This document shows, one piece after another, positions 12,197 to 22,788 of a stretch of 64,000 nucleotides of DNA. The notes beneath the pieces are model-generated. The model saw only the letters and a list, made by a program, of their open reading frames with translations. It had not been told where the DNA came from and ran no database searches. Each line of letters begins with the position of its first letter. Positions within the stretch are counted from its first letter, which is position 1. Source of the DNA: Tetramitus jugosus (Eukaryota > Protista > Heterolobosea); NCBI GenBank assembly GCA_937625935.1, contig OW569347.1:496001-560000 (forward strand). The letters are read 5' to 3'. The position numbers were made by a program, and so were the translations under genes.

Positions 12197-13675
12197 ATGT
12201 TCAATAATAACGAAAATTATAATGAGCGAGGCCTCAACCGTCCTGTCACTCCAAGAACATCAAACGGTTCATCATTCAACACAACTCAAAGTCCAATCGC
12301 TGACGATATAGAAGAGGAGGATGATGATTTGGCTTTGCCAGGGTCTTTGAATGACGATATTCTGAATCAAAAGTTTAAGAGATTGCAGGAAGCTGCTCAA
12401 CACTCAAGGCCCACTAGCATAGGAGGAATGGGGATTGTTCAATCTTCAAGACCCATCTCAGCAAGAGGAGCTAGACCCTCTAGTTCAGCTGGGGTAAACA
12501 GTAGTTCAACAGGTTCCATTTTAGCAACAACTATATCTACTCCCAGAAATCACTTGGGATCTCATGCCCCTGCGACGAACCCTTTGAAGTATTCTTCTTC
12601 GGCTAGTTCAGTCCCTACTCCCAGAGTGATGGCTCCATTGGATAGATCATCATCTTTCTATCAAGACGCTGAATTACTTGAAGATTTGTCACAATTGAGA
12701 AGCTCTCGCCAAGCAGCAGTAAGTTGTTAATACTAGTGTTGATTTGTCTATGTTATGATCATTACTCACCCATAATGTATACTTTAGCTTGAACTTGAAT
12801 CTCAGCTGAAAGATAAGGGAATTGTTTCTTCCTTTGACCCAACCCAACATCAAGACTCTACACTGGCCGCACAGTTGCCTCCTCCAACCTATAGACAGAC
12901 ATCCCGACCTAGACTTGACCTCTCTGACAGAAGAAAATTCATCACTATCCCTCCACCTTTGGAGTATGGTTTTGTTCGGTGTTACATCACCAGGGACCGA
13001 AGCAAGTTGAACAAAGTGTTCCCAAGATATTATCTGTGGCATGAGGATTCTCGAACTTTCTTACTCTCAGCCAAGAAGAGAAAGAAGAATAAGTCTTCGA
13101 ACTATACTGTATCATTGGATGATAAGGATATGGGGAGAAACAGTGGTAGTTTCTTTGGTAAGTTGAGGTCGAACTTTATCGGAACCGAATTCACAATGTA
13201 CGACAAGGGCGAGAGTTCTACAAATGGTGAAAAACCAAACACGAGAAAGCAAATTGGTGCCATCTCCTATGAAACGAATATCTTGGGGTCAAAGGGTCCA
13301 AGAAAGCTCTGTGTCATCACTCCTGATGTGGGTCCCGATGGAAAGCACCATGATTTCCCAGAGTTAGCCAACCATCCAACCATAATGGACAGATATAAAA
13401 CAGGACACACTGAAAAGTTGAGAATTTTCAAGAATAAGAGCCCAGTGTGGAACGAAAAACTAAAGGCTTACGTGCTAAACTTCAACGGAAGAGTCACCAA
13501 AGCATCAGTGAAGAATTTCCAACTCTGTGATGTGAGTGATCCTGGAAAAACTTACCTTCAATTTGGAAAAGTGGACAAGGATCGATTTACTCTTGATTTT
13601 AGGTATCCAATCTCCGGAATGCAAGCCTTTTGTGTCGCCTTGAGTGCCTTTGATTCGAAGCTTGCTTGCGAGTGA
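12197..13675 (+). CDS. TULP: Tubby-family protein; intron 12719-12787
   Basis: GKLRSNFIGTEFTMYD, LNFNGRVTKASVKNFQL, C-terminal FDSKLACE. Confidence 0.95.
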
Positions 13676-13780
13676 TCAATCTCCCTTTTTTTCCATCCAC
13701 ATCGGCAACATCCCATTTCCAACTTCCTGAAATATTCAACGACAACTAAAACAACAAAAAACACAGCACGATATAAAACG

Positions 13781-15274
13781 ATGTCTTCTCAAACCACTGC
13801 AGCAACACCAACAAGCAACAATACCGAAGGCCCTATTCAAATCAAGAGAATTGCGTGCATCGGAGCAGGATACGTTGGTGGTCCTACCATGGCCATCATT
13901 GCCTCACACAACCCATCTATTCAAGTGTACATTTTTGATATCAATCAATCCAGGATTGATCAATGGAACTCTGACAAGTTGCCCATTTATGAGCCAGGAC
14001 TCGATGAGATTGTCAAGAAGCACAGAAACAAAAACTTGTTCTTCACGACTGACTATGAACAAGTGATTGAAGCAGATATGATTTTCCTGTCTGTCAACAC
14101 ACCTACCAAGCACTATGGAATCGGAAAGGGAAGAGCTGCTGATTTAAAGTATATCGAGTTGTGTGCAAGACAATTGAGAGATCGCATCCGATCTGGCAGA
14201 AAGATTATTGTGGAGAAGAGCACGGTTCCTATTCGTACGTCTCTTGCAGTCAAGGCCATCTTGCACAGTGATAACAATTCAAATGTTCAGTTCGATATCT
14301 TGTCGAATCCAGAGTTCTTGGCAGAGGGAACAGCCGTGCAAGACTTGGAGAAACCAGATCGAATCTTGATTGGTGGAGAGAATGAGAGTGCGATTGAAGC
14401 ACTGGAGAATGTGTATGCTGCTTGGGTGCCTAGAGAGCGCATTATCAAGACCAATCTGTGGAGCAGTGAACTGACCAAGCTTGTTGCCAATTGTATGCTC
14501 GCTCAAAGAATCAGTAGCATGAATGCTGTTTCTGCTCTTTGTGAGGCTACTGGTGCAAATGTCAGTGAAGTTGCCAATGCTGTAGGAAAGGACACGAGAA
14601 TCGGTAGCAAGTTCCTTCAGGCGTCTGTTGGCTTTGGAGGCTCCTGCTTCCAAAAGGACATTTTGAATTTGGTTTACTTGGCAGAGCACTATCACTTGCA
14701 AGAGGTTGCAGACTATTTTTATGGTGTCGTAGCCATCAACGACTACCAAAAGCAAAGATTTGCAAAGAAGGTTGTTCACAAGTTGTTCAACACTGTCACT
14801 CACAAGAAGATTGCCATTCTAGGATTTGCCTTCAAGAAGGACACTGCTGATACGAGAGAGTCCGCCGCTATCTACGTCTCCAAATACTTGTTGGAAGATC
14901 GCGCCAAGCTCAACATTTACGATCCAAAGGTACCAGAGACTCAAATTCTGGACGATTTGAAGAGAATGATGAACGATGCCTACGATGGAGACTTCTCTGC
15001 TCACTTGCAACAATCTGAGAACAGCGAACTCGTTTCTAATCATGTCATCGTGTCCAACGACGCATATGAGGCTGTGAAGGGCGCTCATGCTGTGTTGATC
15101 TTGACCGAATGGGACGAATTCAAGACTCTTGACTGGCAAAAGATTCATGACAGCATGAGTCAACCTGCATTCATGTTTGATGGAAGAAACATTCTGGACC
15201 ACGAACAAATGAAGAAGATTGGATTCGATGTGTACGCTGTAGGAAAGGCTGATGAAAAGCCAGCTCTATGGTAA
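13781..15274 (+). CDS. UGDH: UDP-glucose 6-dehydrogenase
   Basis: [46 protein letters not shown]. Confidence 0.98.
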   Translation: MSSQTTAATPTSNNTEGPIQIKRIACIGAGYVGGPTMAIIASHNPSIQVYIFDINQSRIDQWNSDKLPIYEPGLDEIVKKHRNKNLFFTTDYEQVIEADMIFLSVNTPTKHYGIGKGRAADLKYIELCARQLRDRIRSGRKIIVEKSTVPIRTSLAVKAILHSDNNSNVQFDILSNPEFLAEGTAVQDLEKPDRILIGGENESAIEALENVYAAWVPRERIIKTNLWSSELTKLVANCMLAQRISSMNAVSALCEATGANVSEVANAVGKDTRIGSKFLQASVGFGGSCFQKDILNLVYLAEHYHLQEVADYFYGVVAINDYQKQRFAKKVVHKLFNTVTHKKIAILGFAFKKDTADTRESAAIYVSKYLLEDRAKLNIYDPKVPETQILDDLKRMMNDAYDGDFSAHLQQSENSELVSNHVIVSNDAYEAVKGAHAVLILTEWDEFKTLDWQKIHDSMSQPAFMFDGRNILDHEQMKKIGFDVYAVGKADEKPALW

Positions 15275-15347
15275 ATGACCATTCACGCACACTAAATTTA
15301 CGTGAATTAAACGAACTACAAGATAAACTGCACCATGTTGTTTTGTT

Positions 15348-16226
15348 TTACTCTGTGGTGATCATTGATTCACCTGTGCTGTTGCTGCTCAACACGTTTT
15401 GTGCATCACTCGTACTTGTCGATCCTTGTTGTTGCTCATTGTTGATGATATTTGTTGCTTGTTTCTTAGTAGTAGTAGTTTGCTTCTTCTTTTGATTGCC
15501 ATCATTCAACATGTAACGCCTAAATGTTCCACATTGACCACACGTAACAATCATGTAGCACCGATTTCGCTTGTTTGAGATTCGAACAGAGCAAGTCTCT
15601 CCTGCAATCGACAACAAGTGACACTTTTTACACAATGTTCGCTTCATATCCGAATGCAATCGAAGTACGTTCTTTGCCGATATTTTCGACAGTGTTCGAC
15701 TATAGTGTTGAGACACTTGTTTTGCATTGAGGATCGTATGCTGATGCTGATGCTGAACACTGTGTTCTGTTTCTGTTTCTGTTTCTGTTGTTTTTTCTTC
15801 AACAACTACAGATGTCATTGGCACATCGTCATCATCATCACCACCACCACCACCACCACCATGATTACTCTCATTCAAACATGTAGTGCTCTTGTTCGTC
15901 TCTATTGTTGTTGTTGTTGCAGGTCCAGTGAGTGATGCATACAATTGTTCTTGTTCCTTCATTTGCATGTGAGTGTTCATGAGTAGGTGAGATGCCTGGT
16001 AGAGGAAATTGATACGATGATAATGTAGCATGTTGGGTATGCTTGTTGTTGATGCATTCTTCTTCTTTTTTGGTTGCTGTTTTTGTTTCTGTTGATTTGG
16101 TTGGTTCTTTTTGGATTGTTGTTGTTTCTGTTTCTGTTGTTGTGTATTCTGTTGTTTGGATTGTTGTTGTTGTGACTGTAGTTGTTGGTTGGCGTTTGGC
16201 GCCTTGTTTGATGGTTGATCTTTCAT
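15348..16226 (-). CDS. RPP21: RNase P subunit Rpr2/RPP21 with polyQ N-terminus
   Basis: RINFLYQAS, KRTLCKKC...VTCGQCGTFRRY zinc ribbon. Confidence 0.9.
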   Translation of the reverse strand: MKDQPSNKAPNANQQLQSQQQQSKQQNTQQQKQKQQQSKKNQPNQQKQKQQPKKKKNASTTSIPNMLHYHRINFLYQASHLLMNTHMQMKEQEQLYASLTGPATTTTIETNKSTTCLNESNHGGGGGGGDDDDDVPMTSVVVEEKTTETETETEHSVQHQHQHTILNAKQVSQHYSRTLSKISAKNVLRLHSDMKRTLCKKCHLLSIAGETCSVRISNKRNRCYMIVTCGQCGTFRRYMLNDGNQKKKQTTTTKKQATNIINNEQQQGSTSTSDAQNVLSSNSTGESMITTE

Positions 16227-16372
16227 TTTTGTTTTTGTTTTCCTTTGTGCTTTCTAAGTTGAACCGGAGTTATTCTGAACAGGGAAACAGGAGCGAACTG
16301 ACATTCATCATCGCAACCTTGCAAAACATATCCACACAGAAATATCAATACTCGTACACACAGACACCTGAT

Positions 16373-17254
16373 ATGAAATCGATTGTACTGGTCTTTATTG
16401 TTATCGTTGCAGTCTTAACTGTTTTCGTTTCCTCCTATCAAGGTAGTGACTCATCCTATCCGTTGCCCTTCTCCAGACAATTGTCCAAGGGCAGCTCTGG
16501 CAACGATGTTCGCATTCTGCAGCAATTAATCAAGAGATGTTCGGCTGTGCCATCAGGATTAAAGATGCAGGACAAGGTGTTTGACCAGGCAACTGTCACT
16601 GGACTCGCTGCCTACCAGAAGCATTTTGGATTGTCGAGCAGTGGAGTGATGGATGTCACTACGGCAAAGTCGTTATTGTCAAGTGAGTTGCAAGATGGAT
16701 TCAAGCCCATTTATTGCCGAGAGGGTGTAGCAACAGCGCTGCCATTGCCATACAAGTATCTAGTTGATATTCCAATCTTTTTCAATCGTTCAATCGAAAC
16801 AACCGGTACACTGTTTGACAGCAAGTGCAATGCACTGCATACGTTCAGAGTGAGAACCCATGGACAAAAGGAGTACAATGAGCTGACATCAAACGGAAAC
16901 ACACCTACTGGTCTGTATACCTTTGATTTGAACACTCCAGAACCTGATCCAAAGTCCTATGGTCCATACAATGTGAATCGAGCTGTGCTTGGATTGAGAG
17001 GCAATGCAAGAGTGATCATTCCAGAAATTAGAAATGGAATCTTGTTGCACACTGGTGAATGGGACAACTGGAACCCTAGTCTTCCTATGCCAAATTCTCA
17101 TGGTTGCATGCATTCACACCCTGCTGACATCAAACTGATATCTGAGATTTTAACCGAGAAGTTGGGAGTCAAGGCTCATGAGAATCCATTCGGAAAGCTT
17201 CCATATCCTTTTGAACCACAAGGTTTGCTCAGTATTTGGGTGAAATCCAACTAA
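16373..17254 (+). CDS. Secreted peptidoglycan-binding + YkuD-type L,D-transpeptidase-like protein
   Basis: Signal peptide MKSIVLVFIVIVAVL; LSKGSSGNDVRILQQL..FDQATVTGLAAYQKHFGL..SGVMD (PG_binding_1); TPTGLY and ILLH-x15-SHGC. Confidence 0.8.
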   Translation: MKSIVLVFIVIVAVLTVFVSSYQGSDSSYPLPFSRQLSKGSSGNDVRILQQLIKRCSAVPSGLKMQDKVFDQATVTGLAAYQKHFGLSSSGVMDVTTAKSLLSSELQDGFKPIYCREGVATALPLPYKYLVDIPIFFNRSIETTGTLFDSKCNALHTFRVRTHGQKEYNELTSNGNTPTGLYTFDLNTPEPDPKSYGPYNVNRAVLGLRGNARVIIPEIRNGILLHTGEWDNWNPSLPMPNSHGCMHSHPADIKLISEILTEKLGVKAHENPFGKLPYPFEPQGLLSIWVKSN

Positions 17255-19248
17255 ATAAAATCGTCTTCGGTCTTGATTATGGAATAGGAGTGATTGGCAC
17301 AAGAGCCAAGTAGATTTTGTACTGATTCAAATTGCTCAAATGATTGATACTTATGATCCCTATACCAAACTGTAGCTAAGTGATCATCTCCATTCGATTG
17401 CCACTTAGACTTGGCTTCTGTGTTAAAGAAGACAACATCGCCGCAATAGGATTCCCAAAACATGGTACTCGCCATATAGTTAATCAAGGAATTCCAACGC
17501 TTATCTTGATATTTCATGATCTTCTTGAGAGACTTCTTTCCTCGAAGGTATGGAGATAGTATGTTTCCAAATGAAATGAATGCGTTGTTAACTCCAACAC
17601 CAAGACGAAAATGTGCAGTTGAAACAGCATCACCATGTAAGATAAGCGCACGTCCATTGTCCATCGTGCTATAAGATTTCGAAGCACGCTTAACGACAAC
17701 ATTCCATAGAGTCATATCTATTTCATTTGTGTCTCTGTTCCTCTGGAGCATTGATATGAGTTCATCAATATTGGCTGGAGGATCGACCAATATCTCTCTC
17801 ATCACAGCCGATATGTCATTCCACGGATAAGCATCTAACTCCCACGCTTTACAAGGAAGGTTCTTCTGTTGATTAGGATCCAAGATGTCGTTTACAGCAA
17901 ATGATACCTCTCTTTCATGGCTCTTACCTGCTTTCTTGCTGTTGTACCTGTCCATGATTCTCTTACCCAGGTCGTTCTCAAACAGTATTTGAATATGGCA
18001 ATGCCCAAAATAAAACCGTTTGAATATGGCAGATATTCCCTTCAATTTGAAGGTGGGTGTCCATGGATCGATCTCACGTTTAGTCTCAGGATCAATCTTT
18101 ACTTGTGGACAGTAAAATGAACCACTGGAAACATTATAAAGAGGAGCTAAATTCAACACAAGTGCTGTTTGATGTAGACCAGAAGCATATATACTGTGAA
18201 CCACCTTTGATTCACTGCCGTGTTCACTTTTCGTTAAAATATCGAATTCAGACACTGGATACGCTCTTATATTGGCATTACTTCGAACTCTGCTGTTACC
18301 TCCATCCGTTGCAACCAACAAATCAAAATCAAGGACCAAGTCGGTCTCTATATTCCCTCGCTGCACTACGATATGTGTATCATTATGATTCTTATACTCG
18401 TGGCCATACAATATATCGACCCCGAACATAAATAAAACCTTACTCAGAAAACGCTCCAGTATCTGACACCGCATCAATATTAAGGTGCCTGAAGCAGCCG
18501 TCGCATTAACTCGAACAGGTTCATATTCAATATCTTGATATTTCAAACCAAGACTAAACAAAAAATCGCTGGCAACAGAATAGGGAGTAGGGTAAAAGTC
18601 AAACCACACATTTCGCGAATAAGTGTTCCTCTTCTCAATGACTGTGACTGTTATATTTCGATGATTTTGTGCATTGTTAACCATAACACACTCCAAAGCA
18701 CTTAGCAATCCAACTGGACCTGCTCCTACTATCACAACACTCTGGACATTGATTCCAGGCTCCATTGTACCTAGCGGTTGATCTTGTAGCAACTGAAATT
18801 GATATAATTGTTCATAAAACAATGTCAATCGATCCAAATTATCACTCTTTGCACATTGTGAATTAAACATTGATACACAATCTTCTCTATTCAGTGAAAA
18901 ACAGTTCTTCATCGTATGTTCCTTCAACAAGCTCTCCAGAGCTGACTTGGAGTTATCCACAGTTTGCATTGACATGCGACAGCTCACGTATACCTCGAAT
19001 GATTGCCTCAATAGTGAAAACATGATAGAGGACGCTAAAGGCAAATCCAAGCTCGAAGAGGTCATTAGAGCAACACGAAAGAAATGATCCAAGGAGAATG
19101 TTGGTGTTGCTGTAGGCAGCAAACCTTCATTGCATTGAACAACAAGCACAATCAATAGAATAACGACTGCGATAGTAACCAACAGAGATTTCCTCCTCAT
19201 TGGTTCTGATCGATGATGTCTATGGTGTGAATCTCTGAAATTTTTCAT
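17251..19248 (-). CDS. FAD-dependent monooxygenase, MICAL-MO-like, with N-terminal hydrophobic signal
   Basis: IVGAGPVGL..ALE..VIEKR..YSRN; DLLVATDGGNS; LHGDA..HF..GVGVN. Confidence 0.75.
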   Translation of the reverse strand: MKNFRDSHHRHHRSEPMRRKSLLVTIAVVILLIVLVVQCNEGLLPTATPTFSLDHFFRVALMTSSSLDLPLASSIMFSLLRQSFEVYVSCRMSMQTVDNSKSALESLLKEHTMKNCFSLNREDCVSMFNSQCAKSDNLDRLTLFYEQLYQFQLLQDQPLGTMEPGINVQSVVIVGAGPVGLLSALECVMVNNAQNHRNITVTVIEKRNTYSRNVWFDFYPTPYSVASDFLFSLGLKYQDIEYEPVRVNATAASGTLILMRCQILERFLSKVLFMFGVDILYGHEYKNHNDTHIVVQRGNIETDLVLDFDLLVATDGGNSRVRSNANIRAYPVSEFDILTKSEHGSESKVVHSIYASGLHQTALVLNLAPLYNVSSGSFYCPQVKIDPETKREIDPWTPTFKLKGISAIFKRFYFGHCHIQILFENDLGKRIMDRYNSKKAGKSHEREVSFAVNDILDPNQQKNLPCKAWELDAYPWNDISAVMREILVDPPANIDELISMLQRNRDTNEIDMTLWNVVVKRASKSYSTMDNGRALILHGDAVSTAHFRLGVGVNNAFISFGNILSPYLRGKKSLKKIMKYQDKRWNSLINYMASTMFWESYCGDVVFFNTEAKSKWQSNGDDHLATVWYRDHKYQSFEQFESVQNLLGSCANHSYSIIKTEDDFI

Positions 19249-19454
19249 CCTTTGATAATGATCGTGTCAAGTTTTACAGTTCTCTTGAAAAGTTCACCCG
19301 CATCTTTCTTGAACAAAATTCACACAGCAACAAATTCAAATTTCTCCGTTGTTGAAGGAATTCGTGTTGAATTGTCCAACAACACCGCATGAGTTAGCTC
19401 AGAAACAAATCCAACGCAACAACAACACCAACAACAACACCAACAACAACAAAC

Positions 19455-20609
19455 ATGGCCGTAGGAGACGTAATCGATTTATTCGATCTTGATAACTTGA
19501 AGGACAAAATCAAAGACAACAAAAAGGCCGTTATTATTGGCGCCATTATTGCCGCCGTCGTAGTCGGAGTCATCCTTGTCGGTATTATTGGAATCATTGT
19601 CGTGAGAAAGAATAGCGGTGGTGGTGGCACGACCAAACCAAAGGTCAATGAATCTCTCCACTTGCTCAACATGAAGCAAATCACAAACGGAGGAACCAAT
19701 GCAGAAGCTTACTGGAGCTATGATGGCAAGAGACTCGTCTTCCAAGGTATTCGAGGCAACGACAGTGTCTGTGATCAGATTTATGTGATGAATGCAGATG
19801 GATCCGATGTCAAGTTTGCATCGAATGGCAAGGGAAGAACCACATGTGGCTTTTTCCTCAATGACACTCACATTGTCTATGGTAGCACAATGGACACGAT
19901 GGGCAAGGGATGTCCACCAAACCCTGATTCCTCCTTTGGTTATGTCTGGCCAGTGTACAAGACAATGGACATTTATGTGGCAGAGTGGAGAACTGGACAA
20001 GTCGTTGCTCAATTGACAAATGGAGGAGGATATAACTCTGAAGCTACATTGAGCCCTGATGGTAAGAAGATTGTGTTCACATCGGCTAGAGATGGAGATT
20101 TGGAGTTGTATTCGATGAATGTGGATGGATCAGAAGTCAAGAGATTGACTTATTCACCTGGTTATGATGGAGGTGCATTCTTCAGTAACGATGGTAGCAA
20201 GATTGTGTGGAGAGCCAACAGACCAAGAGGTCAGAATTTGACAAATTATTTGAACTTGTTGGATTTGGGTCTTGTGGAACCAGTGGCCACAGACATGGAT
20301 CTGTATGTCATGGATGCTGATGGACAAAATCAAAAGAAGGTTGCTTCCATTGGTGGTGCCAACTTTTCACCATACTTCCTCCCAGACGACTCTGGTATTA
20401 TCTTTGCATCCAATATGAACAATGGATTCAACTTCCACTTGTACACCATTGATTTGAATGGTAAGAACTTGAAGCAGATTACATCTGAGGGAACATTCAA
20501 CTCATTCCCAATGTTCAGTCCTGATGGAAAGTACTTGGCATTTGAATCTAACCGTGGTGTCAAGTCACGTCACGAAATGAACGTGTTCATTGCCGAATGG
20601 AAACCATAA
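19455..20609 (+). CDS. TolB-like/PD40 beta-propeller with N-terminal membrane anchor
   Basis: Repeats WSYDGKRLVF, LSPDGKKIVF, FSNDGSKIVW, FSPDGKYLAF; hydrophobic span around aa 25-50. Confidence 0.9.
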   Translation: MAVGDVIDLFDLDNLKDKIKDNKKAVIIGAIIAAVVVGVILVGIIGIIVVRKNSGGGGTTKPKVNESLHLLNMKQITNGGTNAEAYWSYDGKRLVFQGIRGNDSVCDQIYVMNADGSDVKFASNGKGRTTCGFFLNDTHIVYGSTMDTMGKGCPPNPDSSFGYVWPVYKTMDIYVAEWRTGQVVAQLTNGGGYNSEATLSPDGKKIVFTSARDGDLELYSMNVDGSEVKRLTYSPGYDGGAFFSNDGSKIVWRANRPRGQNLTNYLNLLDLGLVEPVATDMDLYVMDADGQNQKKVASIGGANFSPYFLPDDSGIIFASNMNNGFNFHLYTIDLNGKNLKQITSEGTFNSFPMFSPDGKYLAFESNRGVKSRHEMNVFIAEWKP

Positions 20610-20642
20610 ATCAATATTGATATTTACTATACTTAATTTATC

Positions 20643-22079
20643 TTATTTATTGTTACTGTTGTCTTTGATGTATTGCAGTTTGATCTGCTGTATTCTCTGA
20701 GCCTTATCAAAATGTCCCGCCTTATTGAATCCATAAATTAATAAATCAAATGTTGTTATGTCTGGATACAGCATTTGTTGAAATATCTTGGTTGCTGTTT
20801 TTGTGTCCCCCTCGACTGATGCTATCCGCAGCAGTGCGTTCTCTGGTTCTGGATTCTCCTCATGTAATTTTCTTTGCTTTGCAATTTCAAAAATTTGTTT
20901 GCACAATGGGAATAATGGTGTATCAATAGTTGAGTATGACAATGCTGACAGTGCAAACATGCAATTGACATCTGGACACAGATCCGAATGCAAATACTCC
21001 AACAATGGTCCACTATTTGTCACCAAATATTGAGAAATAGTATTGTGAATGTTCCTGGATTGACTCTTGAGTAAATTTCGAGCCTTTCTCCAATAGTGCA
21101 CCACCGTGGCAATATTTTCAAAGCTTGGCTCCACTGAGCACAAACGTTGAACCACAGGAGCAAATGTTTGCACAGTGGGCTTCAAAACATTACCATTCAA
21201 AACCTCATTCAACAATGTCATTGCTTCATCAACCTGATTCAATTGACATCTCAATTGAATCGCATCATTGTACGCAGCAATCACCGGAACAACAAACAAT
21301 GTCCTCGATTGATTGAAAAAGTCAAACAATGGCACATAATTCTCACTCGTTACCCAATCACTCGACTTGATCCGTTTCATGATTTGATACAGAGTGTTCT
21401 GATCAAACTTTGTAAACGATTCATCCAACACAGATCGATAAAAGAAATTCATAGTCTCTTCCAAGTCATAACCATACTTTAAATGAATCTTCAACAACAA
21501 ATTATAGGTGTCTTCATTCTTTTGTAATCGAAACAGACCAAAATCCTTCATCAACTCATTCACGTGTTCTCTCTCGATAATGAACTTTCCATTCCAGTCT
21601 TGCACTTTACTACCATTATTATTAATATTATTATTGTTGGGATTGTTGTTGGGATTGTTGTGATTGACCAATAGCTTAAACATTTCATTCCAACATGCAA
21701 TATTCGAATAAAATTGATCAGAGCTCATCAACATTCGATGCAAATGGCTCCATCGCTTCAATGTCAGAGATTCATTGGACTTGAGAACGAAATGATACGG
21801 TGCAGCTCTCATTTTATTCAAACGATAACTGTTCAAGTGGTATCGAGTACGTGGTTGTTCCTTAAATTTACATTGATTTTGTTGTTGTTGTTGATGATGA
21901 TGATGTGGTTGTTGTTGTTGTTGTTGTTGGTGATGAAAATTGTAACCACTACTGTTGTTTTTGGCGCCAACTGAGTTCAATGAACTTTGAGAGTAGAATC
22001 GAATGGAGTGAGGTTGAGTGGGAAAGGGAGTGACTGAAGCTTTGATGGGCGTGGAGAGTCGCACAAGTGTGGATCTCAT
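20643..22079 (-). CDS. Pentatricopeptide repeat (PPR) protein, likely mitochondrial
   Basis: TYNLLLK, AYNDAI..VDEAMTLL..KPTVQTF, PDITTFDLLIYGF..AGHFDKA; presequence-like N-terminus. Confidence 0.8.
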   Translation of the reverse strand: MRSTLVRLSTPIKASVTPFPTQPHSIRFYSQSSLNSVGAKNNSSGYNFHHQQQQQQQPHHHHQQQQQNQCKFKEQPRTRYHLNSYRLNKMRAAPYHFVLKSNESLTLKRWSHLHRMLMSSDQFYSNIACWNEMFKLLVNHNNPNNNPNNNNINNNGSKVQDWNGKFIIEREHVNELMKDFGLFRLQKNEDTYNLLLKIHLKYGYDLEETMNFFYRSVLDESFTKFDQNTLYQIMKRIKSSDWVTSENYVPLFDFFNQSRTLFVVPVIAAYNDAIQLRCQLNQVDEAMTLLNEVLNGNVLKPTVQTFAPVVQRLCSVEPSFENIATVVHYWRKARNLLKSQSRNIHNTISQYLVTNSGPLLEYLHSDLCPDVNCMFALSALSYSTIDTPLFPLCKQIFEIAKQRKLHEENPEPENALLRIASVEGDTKTATKIFQQMLYPDITTFDLLIYGFNKAGHFDKAQRIQQIKLQYIKDNSNNK

Positions 22080-22165
22080 TCCTTACGTGATTTATGGTTG
22101 TGGTGTGTTTCGTGTTCTCTTTTGCATTCAAATTCAAACACAAAAAACGGGAGGAGTTTTGTGAA

Positions 22166-22175
22166 ATAATCCGAT
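22166..22175 (+). repeat. Left copy of 10-bp direct repeat ATAATCCGAT
   Basis: Identical to 26157-26166; both preceded by TTTTGTGA and followed by TTGTAATT. Confidence 0.5.
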
Positions 22176-22433
22176 GTGAGAAATTGTAATTCTGTGCGAA
22201 GAGAGGAACAATGAATCGCCTTTAATTTTGGTTATGTTCATATTTGGTATTTACGAATAACGAATGAATAGTTCTTGTCATTAAAGTAACTGTAACACTT
22301 ATTGGTTTGTGAACTAGGTATTTGTTTATGTCCAGTTAGCCTCTGGACATTGTGAGCGACATCTGTACAAAGCCATTGGTACCGAGAATAACGAATAGCT
22401 GACTCAGACGACGAATTGGGAACCCTTCAGTAT

Positions 22434-22700
22434 TTACAAGTGAACTTCTACTGCGTCGTTCAACATAGAAGCACGTATGGCTTGTACTGTCAATAGGTCA
22501 TCCACAACAATGTCAACTGGCCGGTGCAACACGTCCTATTTCTATGGCGATTTGAGCCCTCTGTCACACGAGGATTTGGACTTGGGATTAACTGTAAATT
22601 GTCTCTGTACACTTGCAATACCTTCTGACTGGAAATACCTTTCACTTTGTACATGGTTAGATTCAACCGTTCAACGGCAATTGTCAAGAATGGAACTCAT
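22434..22700 (-). pseudogene. Decayed minimal nucleotidyltransferase (MNT copy 2)
   Basis: MSSILDNCR*..RYFQSEGIASVQ..[GS/DxD block absent]..GLK../DVLHRPVDIVVDDLLTVQAIRASMLNDAVEVHL*; C-terminus matches the MNT consensus LGRxVDLV...IL.EA. Confidence 0.65.
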
Positions 22701-22788
22701 GTCACTGACATTGACCAGTGTTTACAAAAACCAACACTTGTTGTGCATTGATACAGAAATCAAATTTATATTTACATGAAGTATATCC

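Noticed and set aside
16043-16372. N-terminal extensions from TTG/GTG starts in the ORF track (also at 8780, 26173, 31534, 38101, 39534)
   Set aside because: Eukaryotic genes; the first ATG after the A-rich leader gives sensible signal or targeting peptides
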